Part shown: piece after piece, positions 62,342 through 64,000 of the stretch | Position numbering within the stretch: position 1 is the stretch's first letter | Layout: the number at the start of each line of letters is the position of its first letter | Assembly (NCBI GenBank): GCA_011109175.1 | Contig: RDEW01000012.1 | Span: 908,552-972,551, forward strand | Reading direction: 5' to 3' | Length of the DNA stretch: 64,000 bases | Origin: Dicyema japonicum | Lineage: Eukaryota > Animalia > Dicyemida | The notes under the pieces: model-generated | What the model saw: the letters and a program-made list of their open reading frames with translations, nothing else | Told to the model about the DNA's origin: nothing | The model's database searches: none | Position numbers and translations under genes: made by a program

Positions 62342-64000
62342 TTATTTCGTTCAATATGATATTACTGAAATTTCGATTTTCCCGTTTTTATACTCCCGAT
62401 GGACGCAAAATTCAAAAGTGCAAAATTATTTGAAATTTGGTGAATCTTTTTTTGTAATTTTTACGAAAATTAAAATAATAAAGTTTTCCAGCGAAATAAC
62501 TCGATAAATTTTATGCTGATTGATCGACCACAAGTAAAGGAATTTAAATATAAATTAACCACAATCATTAAGACTTCTAATTTATAACATGAAATGACAG
62601 TACGAGTTTTCTGACTCTGATAAATTGTACTGTCCTCGTGGTGGAAGTTAGGAACTAATGAAGCGTTAAATAAGCCTAAAGGCGAGGTTGGGAGGATATA
62701 TATTCCATATTTATATGTTAGATTATTTTGGGGGATTTATTTGTAGCAATATTCGAACAAGATTTTCTTAAAATAATCAAAAATCAGTTTTCTAAATCGT
62801 GACTTAGATTTATGAAGAATTTGTTTTGTGGTTTAAACATTTTTTAAATTTTTAAGCACTGAAGAATGGTTGACTAACACCACCAATCGATATTCTCAAA
62901 TAGCTAAAATTCAGTGGCCTCTAATGGAGATAGGTTAATCACTGCGGAACAAGGCTGCAGGGATTATCCACGTTGCTGTTTTTACTATTTAAGCGTAATT
63001 TAAATAACAAAAAATAAAATCGTGAGAGGAAATAGCCACGCATCAGGGCAGCCGCTATATAACCGTTTACTCTTGTTTCTTTCATAATAAAAAGTTTTAT
63101 TTAAAAAAATAAAGAACATTCATTTTATATGATTTTTGAGATTAAGTTTTCTGTTATTACTTTTCTTGTTATATTGGGTTCTATCCCTTAAGCTTGTCTA
63201 TGAATCTAAAATTTTAGTTTTTAAGAAATGATATTGTTATTTTTGAAACTTTGTGTATTCTCTCTAGTTTGCCAATTAGTTAGTTATCCCCACACTAACA
63301 TGTAGCAGGCAGACTGCCATCAAACGTCCAGGTAAGAGTGTGGGCCTATTTCGTCTTTGAGGTATAATCGACCATCAATGACAATAAATTTCTAGGATTT
63401 TTTCATTAATTTGTATTTCTCTTGTCTTGAAGATGTACAGGATCACCATTTAGAATGTTCACTATAGATTGATATTCCATAATATTTTTGACAAAGTCTA
63501 TTATTATTACATAAAGAGATGAACATTTTATACAGCACATGTTGAATATTATGAATAACGGCAAAATATATTATATATGTCTTACACAATCAAAAATGAT
63601 CAAAGCCACATTAAGTATGACATCAGACAAGTGGCCCGACAGTGATTGACAGGTGACAAGTAACCAGCATGGGACGCGTGCCACCACGGGACGCGACAGT
63701 TCCGGAAAGATTCCTTGGCCAATGAAGCTTTCATTTCTCTACGAGTTTCCACTTTCGAATTTCAATCCCCGGCAATAAACAATAAGTATGATGAACTGAG
63801 TTCTGTTATGTCCTTCCCTGCTCATAGAAACTTTTCAGGATTTTATAGGATACGTCCACTGTGCTTAAACGTTATAATGAAATTAGCCTCCTCGAATTTC
63901 TGTTTGATCTTTTACATAGTTGTAAGACGCTGATCCTGTCATTGACTTACTAATAACGATATAACCCAGTATATAACCCGGTATCCTTGTGTATTACAAA

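Noticed and set aside
63280-63345. U1 snRNA (minus-strand CTTACCTGG) or spliced-leader RNA hairpin
   Set aside because: No U1-70K loop or clear Sm site; equally explained as an ordinary CAG/GTAAG donor with an 8-bp chance stem.
123-63933. Most remaining 60-110 aa ORFs in the supplied track
   Set aside because: Antisense or off-frame readings of transposon debris or of spliced genes; no recognisable motifs.

Overview
AT-rich eukaryotic (metazoan) genomic DNA, not prokaryotic; no CRISPR, rRNA or true tRNA found. The supplied ORF track misses most genes because they are split by very short introns (mostly 21-31 nt), as in compact parasite genomes such as myxozoans or dicyemids (taxon is an inference). 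By manual splicing I reconstruct: a tandem pair of secreted LRR genes, a miniature Myc-like bHLH-ZIP gene, a 15-intron threonyl-tRNA-synthetase-like gene lacking its catalytic residues, a PDZ gene, Hikeshi, a UMP-synthase-like gene with both active sites eroded, SRSF11/SREK1, a C2-IPT/TIG-FIP-RBD protein, RPS27A fused to a divergent ubiquitin-like domain, and a LATS/Warts kinase. The rest is dense transposon debris: Ingi/Vingi-like APE-RT LINEs (one with a 2A/StopGo peptide, about ten sharing a 3' hairpin), CRE-type and RTE retrotransposons, a tRNA-derived SINE family, a MULE nested in a MULE (both with TSDs), and pogo, hAT and Helitron remnants. Many conserved genes carry one-base frame breaks in homopolymers, most likely assembly errors, so frameshifts alone are not treated as evidence of pseudogenisation. 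All homology calls are by eye from remembered family motifs; no searches were run.
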